Sequence record: SRR31156797_3865
Reading direction: 5' to 3' (one strand)
DNA length: 33,713 nt
This document shows positions 1-8,306 of the stretch, in pieces (position 1 is the first letter of the stretch; every line of letters begins with the position of its first letter). A program made the position numbers and the translations under genes. The notes under the pieces are model-generated. The model saw nothing but the letters and a program-made list of their open reading frames with translations. It was not told the origin of the DNA and searched no databases.

Positions 1-1
1 C

Positions 2-118
2 TCTGTCTTCCATCTTCTGACTTCTGTCTCCTAAGTCACTTAATTCACTTCGTTCTCCATCTTCCGTTCTCCATCTTCCGTTGTCTGCCTTCTGTTTTCT
101 GTTCTCTGTCTTCTGGTT
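2..118. repeat. Degenerate pyrimidine-rich heptamer tandem repeat (TCTGTCT/TCTGACT/TCCATCT/TCCGTTC), probably continuing left of the window
   Basis: Reads tctgtct tccatct tctgact tctgtct ... tccatct tccgttc tccatct tccgttg tctgcct tctgttt tctgttc tctgtct tctggtt. Confidence 0.85.
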
Positions 119-141
119 TTTAGATTGCAATACTAACAAAT

Positions 142-184
142 AATTTCCCTAAATGGCAATTCATTTTGCCACTTTAGGGAAATT
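142..184 (-). terminator. Inverted repeat downstream of the TonB-dependent receptor; probable intrinsic terminator
   Basis: AATTTCCCTAAA-TGGCAA (142-159) pairs with TTGCCA-c-TTTAGGGAAATT (166-184); lies 22 nt past the stop codon at 207. Confidence 0.65.
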
Positions 185-206
185 TATATTTAAAGAACAA
201 TTTAAA

Positions 207-2285
207 TTAGAAGTTGTAAGTTAAGCTTGCGCCAAAATACGACGGTTTGCCAAGTTGAACGTATTGGTTTCCAAATGCTTCAAACGCAAAAGTATGGTAT
301 TGCGTATTAAACATGTTTTTGCGATAAAAATTCAGAGCAAAGTTTCCTTTTATGAAACTAATATTTGTATTAAATAAGCTATAATACTTTTGACTCATTG
401 TATTTTCTTCATTCCAGTATATCTTTCCATTACCTGTATATAATAGACTAATTCGTAGTTTATCAATCAAATTACTACTATGTAACTGATAGGTTTTACT
501 AAGTCGAACTGATAATGTATGTTGAGGAGCATATGGTATAAAATTGCCATTGTGATTTACTGAGTCATTTACTTCATATTTTTTAAATGTGGCGTGTGTA
601 TAACCATAACTAACTGTAGTTACATAACCGCAAAAAGGAATTGTTTTAAGAGTTAGTTCAACTCCTTTACTTACTGATTTTCCTGCATTGGTTAAGTGGC
701 TACCTTGTCCACTCGGGTTAGATTCATATATCTGTTGGTTATCCCAGTCAATATAAAAAAGAGCTAAATCTGCATATACTTGTTTGTTAGCCAATGAAGT
801 TTTAACACCAATTTCATAGTTTATACTAGTTTCAGGTTCAAAGGTCATATGTTCTGGGTGATCCTGATCAAAACTTGTGTTGAATCCACCAGTTTTATAA
901 CCTTTTGATATATTTCCATAAAGGTTTGTACCGTTAAATTTATAATTGAAGGCTACTTTTGGTAAAACCTGAAAATAATCTAAACTAGCAATAGTATCTT
1001 CTGCTTCAGTTTCTATGTTATTTTCTCTCTTTTGATAGTCATAATCTTGTTTATCCTTTTCATAATCTATTCTTAAACCTCCCGTTAGGGTTAAATTCCC
1101 TATAGTAAGTTTTGATTCATGGAAAAAAGCATGGCCATTGATTTCAATATCGTAATATTTCAATGTTCTATAGCCTCGAATAAATACATCTGCATCTACA
1201 AATTGGTCAAAGATCTGATTAAAACTAAAATAGCCAAAAAGCCAATTATAGGTCTTGTTGTTTTTTGATCTTACAGTTAATTCATTTGAAATCATGTGTT
1301 GAAGCTGATTTTGACGCACAAATACCCATTTACTTGGAGTAAAGTCTTGATCAATAGACTGCACGCCGTAAAGGTATTGATAGGAAGTAGTTAATTTTGC
1401 AACGATATCATTATTGTCATATTCGAAAACTAATGAATTTGATGACATACTTCGCTCATAAGAACTCAGTGAATCGTATGTTATGTCTGCAGCCTCTTCT
1501 TCTTCACTATCGTAAACAGCATAAGGGTAGCCTCCTTCATTACTGTATTCAAAAGATGAAATTGCGGATATTGAAAAATTGTCTATAGGTTTCCAAATTA
1601 CTTTTGCACGTCCACTTACTACATCTGTTTCATCTATTTGTTTATCGTTATAATGGTTTGTGTAGAATCCATCGTAATGTTTATATAAAGCGGTAACTGA
1701 ACCAGCTAGTTTATCATTTATTTTTGTATAATAACCAGCATTTGCTTCATATTGTCCAAAGTTGCCATATCCCATTTTTGCTTTTAGGCCTTGAAAATCA
1801 AAAGGAGAAATAGTTTTTACATTAACAACTCCACCTATGGTGTTTCTTCCATAAAGCGTTCCTTGAGGTCCTCTGAGTACTTCAATTCTGTCTATATCAA
1901 AAAAGTCAAAATTAAATGAAGCCTTTTCAAAATATGGAACTCCATCTACATAAAGCCCAACTCCAGGTGAGTTAATTCTTGATCCTATACCTCTGATATA
2001 AATAGGAGAGGTTAGTTTTGATCCATAATCAGGCATAAATAGGTTTGGTGCAATTGCTGTAACATCTGTGAGGCTGAAAATAGCATCGTCTTTAATTGTA
2101 CGTTGCGTCATTAGGGATACAGAAGATGGCAAGTCTTTTAACTTTATATCGCTTTTTGATCCGTTAATAATGATTTCTCCAAGCTCAATTTCGGGTACTT
2201 TTGTCGTGTCTGTGCTTAAAATTGCATTTTGTGCAAATAATGATACTGGCAATATAGCCAATAATAGTAGGTATAGATTCTTCAT
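207..2285 (-). CDS. TonB-dependent outer-membrane receptor (FyuA/CirA-like); probable start ATG 2285
   Basis: Signal peptide MKNLYLLLLAILPVSLFA; plug motifs YIRGIG, GLYVDGVP and IDRIEVLRGPQGTLYGRNTIGGVVNV; C-terminal barrel signature GASLTYNF. Confidence 0.93.
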   Translation of the reverse strand: MKNLYLLLLAILPVSLFAQNAILSTDTTKVPEIELGEIIINGSKSDIKLKDLPSSVSLMTQRTIKDDAIFSLTDVTAIAPNLFMPDYGSKLTSPIYIRGIGSRINSPGVGLYVDGVPYFEKASFNFDFFDIDRIEVLRGPQGTLYGRNTIGGVVNVKTISPFDFQGLKAKMGYGNFGQYEANAGYYTKINDKLAGSVTALYKHYDGFYTNHYNDKQIDETDVVSGRAKVIWKPIDNFSISAISSFEYSNEGGYPYAVYDSEEEEAADITYDSLSSYERSMSSNSLVFEYDNNDIVAKLTTSYQYLYGVQSIDQDFTPSKWVFVRQNQLQHMISNELTVRSKNNKTYNWLFGYFSFNQIFDQFVDADVFIRGYRTLKYYDIEINGHAFFHESKLTIGNLTLTGGLRIDYEKDKQDYDYQKRENNIETEAEDTIASLDYFQVLPKVAFNYKFNGTNLYGNISKGYKTGGFNTSFDQDHPEHMTFEPETSINYEIGVKTSLANKQVYADLALFYIDWDNQQIYESNPSGQGSHLTNAGKSVSKGVELTLKTIPFCGYVTTVSYGYTHATFKKYEVNDSVNHNGNFIPYAPQHTLSVRLSKTYQLHSSNLIDKLRISLLYTGNGKIYWNEENTMSQKYYSLFNTNISFIKGNFALNFYRKNMFNTQYHTFAFEAFGNQYVQLGKPSYFGASLTYNF

Positions 2286-2347
2286 TGTGTTTGAATAAAT
2301 AGTTAATAATGTATTGATCACTATTTAAGTGATAAAATAAATGTCAG

Positions 2348-2686
2348 TTACACTATTAATTGTGGAGGAGGTCGTGACCAAAGTTTTGAAATACTGTGGA
2401 TATTCCTTAACGGTGGTGGAGGCCCACATTTAAACGTTGATCTTTTAATACATATCACTTGAGATTTTTTCCCAAACTGATTGTTTGCAGCTGATTTTGT
2501 GATATCATTAAAATGAATTGAGTTGTGTTTGTATAAATCTGCTTCAGATATCTCAGAAAGTATTTCATTAACCTCATCAACGTCCATGTCTTTCATAGTA
2601 ACCGTGCCATAGAAGTAATAGCATAGTGGAGCAGCTATGAGCAACAGATAAGGTAGGTATGACGATAAAAATCCGAAATAGAACAT
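2348..2686 (-). CDS. Small membrane-anchored protein with C-terminal PPPP and RPPP motifs; candidate translation-arrest leader of the receptor
   Basis: ATG start; hydrophobic N-terminus MFYFGFLSSYLPYLLLIAAPLCYYFY; ends CGPPPPLRNIHSISKLWSRPPPQLIV; same strand, 62 nt upstream of the receptor ATG. Confidence 0.7.
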   Translation of the reverse strand: MFYFGFLSSYLPYLLLIAAPLCYYFYGTVTMKDMDVDEVNEILSEISEADLYKHNSIHFNDITKSAANNQFGKKSQVICIKRSTFKCGPPPPLRNIHSISKLWSRPPPQLIV

Positions 2687-2823
2687 AAATGTTAATTATA
2701 TGTCAAAATAAATCATTTCCGATAAACATACCAAAGGAATTACAGCATATTTTGAATTAATGATTTTACCAATAATGAAAAAAAGATGCTAATATCTTAT
2801 AATATAGACTTTTAAACTATTTG

Positions 2824-2831
2824 TAATTTTG
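2824..2831 (+). promoter_or_regulatory. Candidate Bacteroidota -7 promoter box (TAATTTTG) for the respiratory cluster
   Basis: Exact TAnnTTTG match about 137 nt upstream of ATG 2968; the region is AT-rich, so a chance match is possible. Confidence 0.45.
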
Positions 2832-2967
2832 CGTGTTTTTGTAAAAAACAGATTATTATTAATTTAGACTTTATATAAATTATTGTCTTATACGCCTTTA
2901 TTGGTGCGAAAGCTCAAAAGAATCTATATCTTTATTAAAAAAATAACAATACTAATCCACTTAAATT

Positions 2968-3429
2968 ATGAAAAATTACGCCATTATCATTGCTATTTTA
3001 TTTCTTGGACTTTTTTCTTGTCAACAAAACGAAGAAGTAATTAAAGAAAAAGAAGAAAAGGAATGTATAACGAGCCATAAAGATGGCTTATTTGTGCACA
3101 TTAGCTCTAATGAACCCCGAAAAGTATTAATGGGATTATCAATTGCATTAAAAATGCAAGAGGCAAAGGATGTTATTGTATTTGTTGATGCTGAAGCCAT
3201 TAATATAACAACAAAAGATGGTGATGTATATCAAATGGAGGGTTACGAAGGATCATCTGTGGAATTGATGCAAAAGCTATCTCAAGCAGGTGTGAAAATA
3301 ATGGTTTGTCCAATGTGTCTGAAATCATTTGGTAAAACCGAAGCAGACTTATTAGAAGGCACTGAGATTGCTGATAAAGCAAATTTCTTTGGATTTACTA
3401 AAGGTCGTATTCTTACTTTGGACTATTAA
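2968..3429 (+). CDS. DsrE/DsrF-like family lipoprotein
   Basis: Lipobox LFSC; DsrE-like pattern (VIVFVDAEAI ... GVKIMVCPMC ... LLEG ... ILTLDY). Confidence 0.75.
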   Translation: MKNYAIIIAILFLGLFSCQQNEEVIKEKEEKECITSHKDGLFVHISSNEPRKVLMGLSIALKMQEAKDVIVFVDAEAINITTKDGDVYQMEGYEGSSVELMQKLSQAGVKIMVCPMCLKSFGKTEADLLEGTEIADKANFFGFTKGRILTLDY

Positions 3430-3459
3430 AATATTTAATAATAATTAATTAACAATACA

Positions 3460-3792
3460 ATGAGAATTTCATCTATTTTAATGGTATTATTCATGTTTTT
3501 ACTTAGTTGTAACAACACAGATAGTACCAAACAGACTAAAAAACCTGCAGAGTATGTTAAAGTGGAATTGCAGGTTGAAGGTATGACATGTACAGGATGC
3601 GAAAAAACTATCGAAGCTAATGTCAATAAATTAGAAGGTATTGAAAGCATCAAGGCAGACCATGAAGCAGGTACAGCTAAATTATCTTATGATGCTGCCA
3701 ATGTAGATATTGAAGAAGTTAAAAAAGTGATGGCTGATAAAGGTTATAAGGTTACTGAAGTCAAAAAATTAGAATCGGTTTCTAAGGAATAA
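3460..3792 (+). CDS. Heavy-metal-associated (CopZ/MerP-like) domain lipoprotein
   Basis: Lipobox LLSC; HMA motif VEGMTCTGC...IE...LEGI; GY motif near the C-terminus. Confidence 0.9.
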   Translation: MRISSILMVLFMFLLSCNNTDSTKQTKKPAEYVKVELQVEGMTCTGCEKTIEANVNKLEGIESIKADHEAGTAKLSYDAANVDIEEVKKVMADKGYKVTEVKKLESVSKE

Positions 3793-3795
3793 TAT

Positions 3796-4758
3796 ATGGA
3801 AAAAGAAGATCTAACTCCCCAAGAGCAGTCCTCTGAGGAGAAAAGTAAACAATCGCGTAGGGACTTCCTTAAACGACTGGGATTAATTGGAGCAGCCTCG
3901 GCTACTGGTGCTGCTGCGATTTATACTGGTTTACATTATCAGAAATCAAAAGGAGATAAGGTCAAGGTTTTAACTGCCGATAACCGTTTAGTCGAGGTTT
4001 CAAAGAGTGAATTAAAAGAAATGAAACCTACTGATGAATATTATCAGGATCGAGGCAGGGAGGGTATTGCTGGTAAAAGATGGGTAATGGTAATCGATTT
4101 ATCGAAATGCCGGAATGCAAGGCAATGTGTGAATGCTTGTCAAACTGCTCACAGATTGAGACCTTACGAATATCATATCAACACGCTGCAGATGCAGGAG
4201 GATCATTCTACACCTCCTTATCATATGCCAAAACCTTGTCAACATTGTGATAATCCACCTTGTGTTTCTGTTTGTCCGGTTGATGCTACGTTTAAAAGGC
4301 AAGATGGTATTGTATTGATTGATAATGAGCGATGTATTGGTTGTAGGTTCTGTGTAGCTGCATGTCCTTATTCAGCACGAATGGTACACTGGCAAGAGCC
4401 AAAATATGCAAAAGAAGATGCAGACAAAATATATGACGTTGAATTAAATGTTCCACAACAAAAAGGTACCATTTCAAAGTGTTTGTTTAGCGCAGATAGA
4501 TTGAGGAAAGGTGAATTACCTTATTGTGTAACGGCTTGCCCAAATGGTGTATTCTATTTTGGCGACCAGAATGAAGATGCTGTAACAAATGGAACAACTA
4601 AGGAAACTGTACGCTTAAGTGAGTTGCTTAGACAAAATAGTGGTTACCGATTAATGCCTGAGTTAGGAACAGAGCCACGTGTTTATTATTTACCACCAAA
4701 AAACCGCATATTCGATTTTCCGGAAAAAAGTATTCTGGATAAAGATCATCATGCTTAA
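3796..4758 (+). CDS. Tat-exported NrfC/DsrO/PsrB-like polyferredoxin Fe-S subunit
   Basis: Twin-arginine signal SRRDFLK plus hydrophobic segment; RWVMVIDL; motifs CRNARQCVNAC, CQHCDNPPCVSVCP, CIGCRFCVAACPY and KCLFS...CVTACP; LMPELGTEPRVYY tail. Confidence 0.9.
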   Translation: MEKEDLTPQEQSSEEKSKQSRRDFLKRLGLIGAASATGAAAIYTGLHYQKSKGDKVKVLTADNRLVEVSKSELKEMKPTDEYYQDRGREGIAGKRWVMVIDLSKCRNARQCVNACQTAHRLRPYEYHINTLQMQEDHSTPPYHMPKPCQHCDNPPCVSVCPVDATFKRQDGIVLIDNERCIGCRFCVAACPYSARMVHWQEPKYAKEDADKIYDVELNVPQQKGTISKCLFSADRLRKGELPYCVTACPNGVFYFGDQNEDAVTNGTTKETVRLSELLRQNSGYRLMPELGTEPRVYYLPPKNRIFDFPEKSILDKDHHA

Positions 4759-4769
4759 AATTATTGCTT

Positions 4770-6119
4770 ATGTCTTCGAAAACTGAAAATCATTATAATT
4801 CAAAAATAGCAGACAAAGTAGCCAATGATGTGCTTAAGTCGGTAAATATTGGCTGGGGATTTAAAATTTGGTTTGCTGTTCTTGCAATAGCATTAGGTGT
4901 TTGTGTTTATGCCTATTCAATTCAGCTGCGAGAAGGTCTTGGTGTTACGGGCCTTCGTGATTATGTAAGTTGGGGATTGTATATTGCTACTTTTGTATTT
5001 TTTGTTGCCTCTAGTTTAATTGGAATGCTCATTAGTGGTGTTCTTGGGTTGATAGGATATGACTGGATTAAACCAATTGGCCGGATTGCTGAAATAATTG
5101 CTGTTGCTTTTGCGGCGATTGCCGGTTTAGTTATTGTATCTGATATGGGACGCCCGGATAGATTACCTTATGTATTTATGTATGGCCGTTTTCAATCACC
5201 TATTTTATGGGATGTAACAGTTGTGACAACCTATTTTATACTGAGTGGCTTACTATACTATGTTACGCTTATTCCTGATTTAGCCATTGCTAAAGATAAG
5301 CTGGAAGGACGACCAAAACTGCTTCAAAAGGCTTATAAAATAATGTCAATTAAATGGATACATTCTAACCAGCAGTATCATACGCTTTATAGAATTATTC
5401 GAATATTATTAATACTCATTATCCCAACAGCATTTGCCATTCATACGGTTACTTCGTGGCTGTTTGCAGTAAATCCCAGACCAGGTTGGGATAGTACCAT
5501 ATTTGGCCCATATTTCTTGTCTGGTGCTTTTGTGGCAGGAGCTGCAGCAGTTATTATTGCTATGTTTTTCTTTAGGAATAGTTATAAACTGAAAGAATAT
5601 CTCACTAATTCACATTTTGACAAGATTGGGAAATTGCTGGCTTTAGTTTCAATTGTTTACTTATACTTTAATATAAATGAGTTTTTAGTTCCAGGTTACA
5701 AATTGAAAAAGTTTGATTTAATTCACCTTGAAGCTCTTTTTGTCGGTAAACATGCGCTTACTTTTTGGTTTACTCAAATTGCAGGCTTAATTCTCCCAAT
5801 TATTTTATTGATGTTTAAGCCGTTTCGAAAGCCATTACCGCTCACAGTAATATCGGTGTTTATGTTAGTTGGTGCGTTTTTAAAACGGTACTTAATTGTA
5901 GTCCCAACACAGGAGCACCCATATTTACCAATACAACATGTGCCAGAAATATTTCATGTATATTTTCCAACCTGGGAAGAGATAGCTATTACAGGTGGTT
6001 CTTTTGTTCTGGTTATAATGATTATTACGGTATTGTCTAAATTATTTCCAGTTATACCAATATGGGAAGTGGCCCATGATATGGAAAAGAAAGAAAAGCA
6101 AAAAATTGAAAATGAATAA
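4770..6119 (+). CDS. NrfD/DsrP/ActC-family integral membrane quinol-interacting subunit
   Basis: GLGVTGL..VSWGLYIATFVFFV, DMGRPDR, SPILWDV, HTVTSWLF and W.STIFGPYF motifs; about 10 hydrophobic segments; ATG at 4770. Confidence 0.92.
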   Translation: MSSKTENHYNSKIADKVANDVLKSVNIGWGFKIWFAVLAIALGVCVYAYSIQLREGLGVTGLRDYVSWGLYIATFVFFVASSLIGMLISGVLGLIGYDWIKPIGRIAEIIAVAFAAIAGLVIVSDMGRPDRLPYVFMYGRFQSPILWDVTVVTTYFILSGLLYYVTLIPDLAIAKDKLEGRPKLLQKAYKIMSIKWIHSNQQYHTLYRIIRILLILIIPTAFAIHTVTSWLFAVNPRPGWDSTIFGPYFLSGAFVAGAAAVIIAMFFFRNSYKLKEYLTNSHFDKIGKLLALVSIVYLYFNINEFLVPGYKLKKFDLIHLEALFVGKHALTFWFTQIAGLILPIILLMFKPFRKPLPLTVISVFMLVGAFLKRYLIVVPTQEHPYLPIQHVPEIFHVYFPTWEEIAITGGSFVLVIMIITVLSKLFPVIPIWEVAHDMEKKEKQKIENE

Positions 6120-7041
6120 ACTCAGAAATATGAAGATAATATTAACCATATCAATTATAATTCTGGGGTTTTTCTATACCCAGGCGCAAACTGAAGGAGA
6201 ATGGATTGTTCCTGAAGAAGATGCTGCTAAATTAAGTCCTTTCGAATTTACAGAAGACGATGAAAAAGAAGGTCTTGATTTATATTTAAAAAATTGTAAA
6301 TCCTGTCATGGGGACCCTGGTAAGATGAATTACATTAATTTACAACCAGAACCGGGTGATATCACTACAGAGAAAATTCAACGAAACACCGATGGAGCCA
6401 TTTATTATAAACTAAAAGCCGGTCGTGGAGCTATGCCTGCTTTTGAGAATGTTTTGACACCCAATCAAAAATGGCAGGTTGTGGCTTACATCAGAAGTTT
6501 TAATGATGATTATGTGCAACAAGTAGCCGAAGAGATTCCAGAGACCGCTTTTGGTGGTAAAATTGATATCAATTTGGAATACATTCAAGAAGAGGATAAA
6601 CTTCAAGCGAGTTTTATTGGAAATAAAGATGATGCCAAGGAACCAATAGTAGGTGCTGACGTAAATTTATTTGCGAACCGGTATTTTGGAAAACTAGCAT
6701 TGGATGAAGTACGTAAGACAAATGAAGAAGGAAAGGTTACTTTTAATATACCAGCTGATTTGCCTGGCGACTCCAGTGGGTTTGTCAATATAAATATTGC
6801 ATTGGCTAATCAGGAATTATATGGGCAAACTGCAAAAGATACTGCCCTGGCATTGGGAGTTCCTACATATAAGCCCCCATTAAATGAACAGCGGGCAATG
6901 TGGAACGTAAGAATGAAAGCCCCAATTTGGCTTCTAATTTCCTATCATGGTGCATTATTGGCAGTGTTTGGAACTATTTTTTACATTTTACTACAGTTGA
7001 GAAATATATATCTGGAGGGAAAGAAAAATGAAGAGGAGTGA
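6112..7041 (+). CDS. Membrane-anchored monohaem class I cytochrome c with an extra soluble domain (start 6112 or 6130)
   Basis: Signal peptide; single CKSCH; distal Met in GRGAMPAF; W.VVAYIR; C-terminal TM WLLISYHGALLAVFGTIFYILL. Confidence 0.88.
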   Translation: MNKLRNMKIILTISIIILGFFYTQAQTEGEWIVPEEDAAKLSPFEFTEDDEKEGLDLYLKNCKSCHGDPGKMNYINLQPEPGDITTEKIQRNTDGAIYYKLKAGRGAMPAFENVLTPNQKWQVVAYIRSFNDDYVQQVAEEIPETAFGGKIDINLEYIQEEDKLQASFIGNKDDAKEPIVGADVNLFANRYFGKLALDEVRKTNEEGKVTFNIPADLPGDSSGFVNINIALANQELYGQTAKDTALALGVPTYKPPLNEQRAMWNVRMKAPIWLLISYHGALLAVFGTIFYILLQLRNIYLEGKKNEEE

Positions 7042-7098
7042 ACCATTATTGTTAATTGACTGTTAGTGCTTTAATATACTAACTTAAATTCTAGCTTT

Positions 7099-7491
7099 AT
7101 GAACAAACTTACAACGATTGGACGGATTTTATACGCATTACCATTTGCGTTTATGGGTATTAATCATTTTGTTATGATCGATTTCTATGCTGGTATGTTA
7201 ACTTCATTCATGCCTGGAGGTGGTTTTACCATTATTCTTGTAGGAATTCTATTATTAGCAGCAAGTATTAGTATCCTTACAAGAAAATTTGTGCAACTAT
7301 CATCTTACTTATTAGCATCATTGCTATTTCTATTTATTGCAACTATTCATATTCCTCACTTGATTAATCCAGGTGAATTAGATATTCAGTTAGTTGTGTT
7401 TTCAATGGTTAAAGATGTAGCATTAATGGGCGGATCGTTAATGATTGCTGGAGCTTGTCAAAATAGAAAAGCTGAAGAGGTAAAAGAATAA
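7099..7491 (+). CDS. DoxX-family membrane protein
   Basis: GRILYALPF..GINHF, IHIP and KDVALMGGSL motifs; four hydrophobic segments. Confidence 0.8.
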   Translation: MNKLTTIGRILYALPFAFMGINHFVMIDFYAGMLTSFMPGGGFTIILVGILLLAASISILTRKFVQLSSYLLASLLFLFIATIHIPHLINPGELDIQLVVFSMVKDVALMGGSLMIAGACQNRKAEEVKE

Positions 7492-7533
7492 AACTGAAAA
7501 ATTGTCAAAATCAAAAGAATTATAAACTGAACT

Positions 7534-8304
7534 ATGAAATATTTTCTAATACCAGTACTTGTGTTTTTTATGGGAATTTCAATGACCAAAGCACAAGATA
7601 ATAAAGTTAACATTGAAGTAGGTATTATAGAACATTTGGGAGATACTATTCCATTAGATCTCACATTTTATAATACCGAAAATGATACAGTAACTCTTGG
7701 AGAATTGATTACTAAACCTACTGTACTCTCATTTGTATATTTTGATTGCCCGGGTCTTTGCAGTCCTTTACTTGATGGAGTAGCAGACGTTGTTTCGAAA
7801 ACAGATGTGCAGATAGGTGAGGTATACGATGTAATTACAATTAGTTTTAATACGAAAGATACTCCTGAAAAAGCCAAAGAGAAAAAGAAAAATTTTGTGA
7901 CTAAAATTGGTGAAGAAAATCAGGATGCCTGGTATTATTTAACTGGTGAAGAGAAAAATATCAAAGCAATTACTGAGGCTGTTGGTTTTATGTACAAACC
8001 TCAAGGTGTAGACTTTGCACACCCTTCAGCTATTATTGTTGTTAGTCCTCAAGGAAAGATTACAAGGTATCTCTACGGTATTGACTTTTTGCCTTTTGAT
8101 TTAAAAATGGCTGTAACAGAAGCACAAACAGGAATAGAAAGACCAACAATAAATAAAGTTTTACAGTATTGCTTTGCTTATGATCCTAAGAGCCAGGGTT
8201 ATACATTGCAGATTACTAAGGTTTTAGGAACATTTATTATTGCTGTGGCAGTAATTTTATTTTCTATTCTATTATTTAAACGCAGAAAAACAGTAAAAAA
8301 ATAA
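7534..8304 (+). CDS. SCO1/SenC copper chaperone
   Basis: CxxxC motif YFDCPGLC; conserved His in FAHPS; GKITRYLYG; C-terminal TM; directly upstream of oxidase subunit I. Confidence 0.92.
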   Translation: MKYFLIPVLVFFMGISMTKAQDNKVNIEVGIIEHLGDTIPLDLTFYNTENDTVTLGELITKPTVLSFVYFDCPGLCSPLLDGVADVVSKTDVQIGEVYDVITISFNTKDTPEKAKEKKKNFVTKIGEENQDAWYYLTGEEKNIKAITEAVGFMYKPQGVDFAHPSAIIVVSPQGKITRYLYGIDFLPFDLKMAVTEAQTGIERPTINKVLQYCFAYDPKSQGYTLQITKVLGTFIIAVAVILFSILLFKRRKTVKK

Positions 8305-8306
8305 AA

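Noticed and set aside
2687-2967. Fur or FNR boxes in the divergent promoter region
   Set aside because: Only AT-rich partial matches; no convincing palindrome.
3796-7041. Assigning act (ACIII), nrfCD or dsrOP gene symbols
   Set aside because: Family membership is clear, but the defining partners (ActA/D/F, NrfA, DsrMKJ) are absent, so orthology is unsupported.
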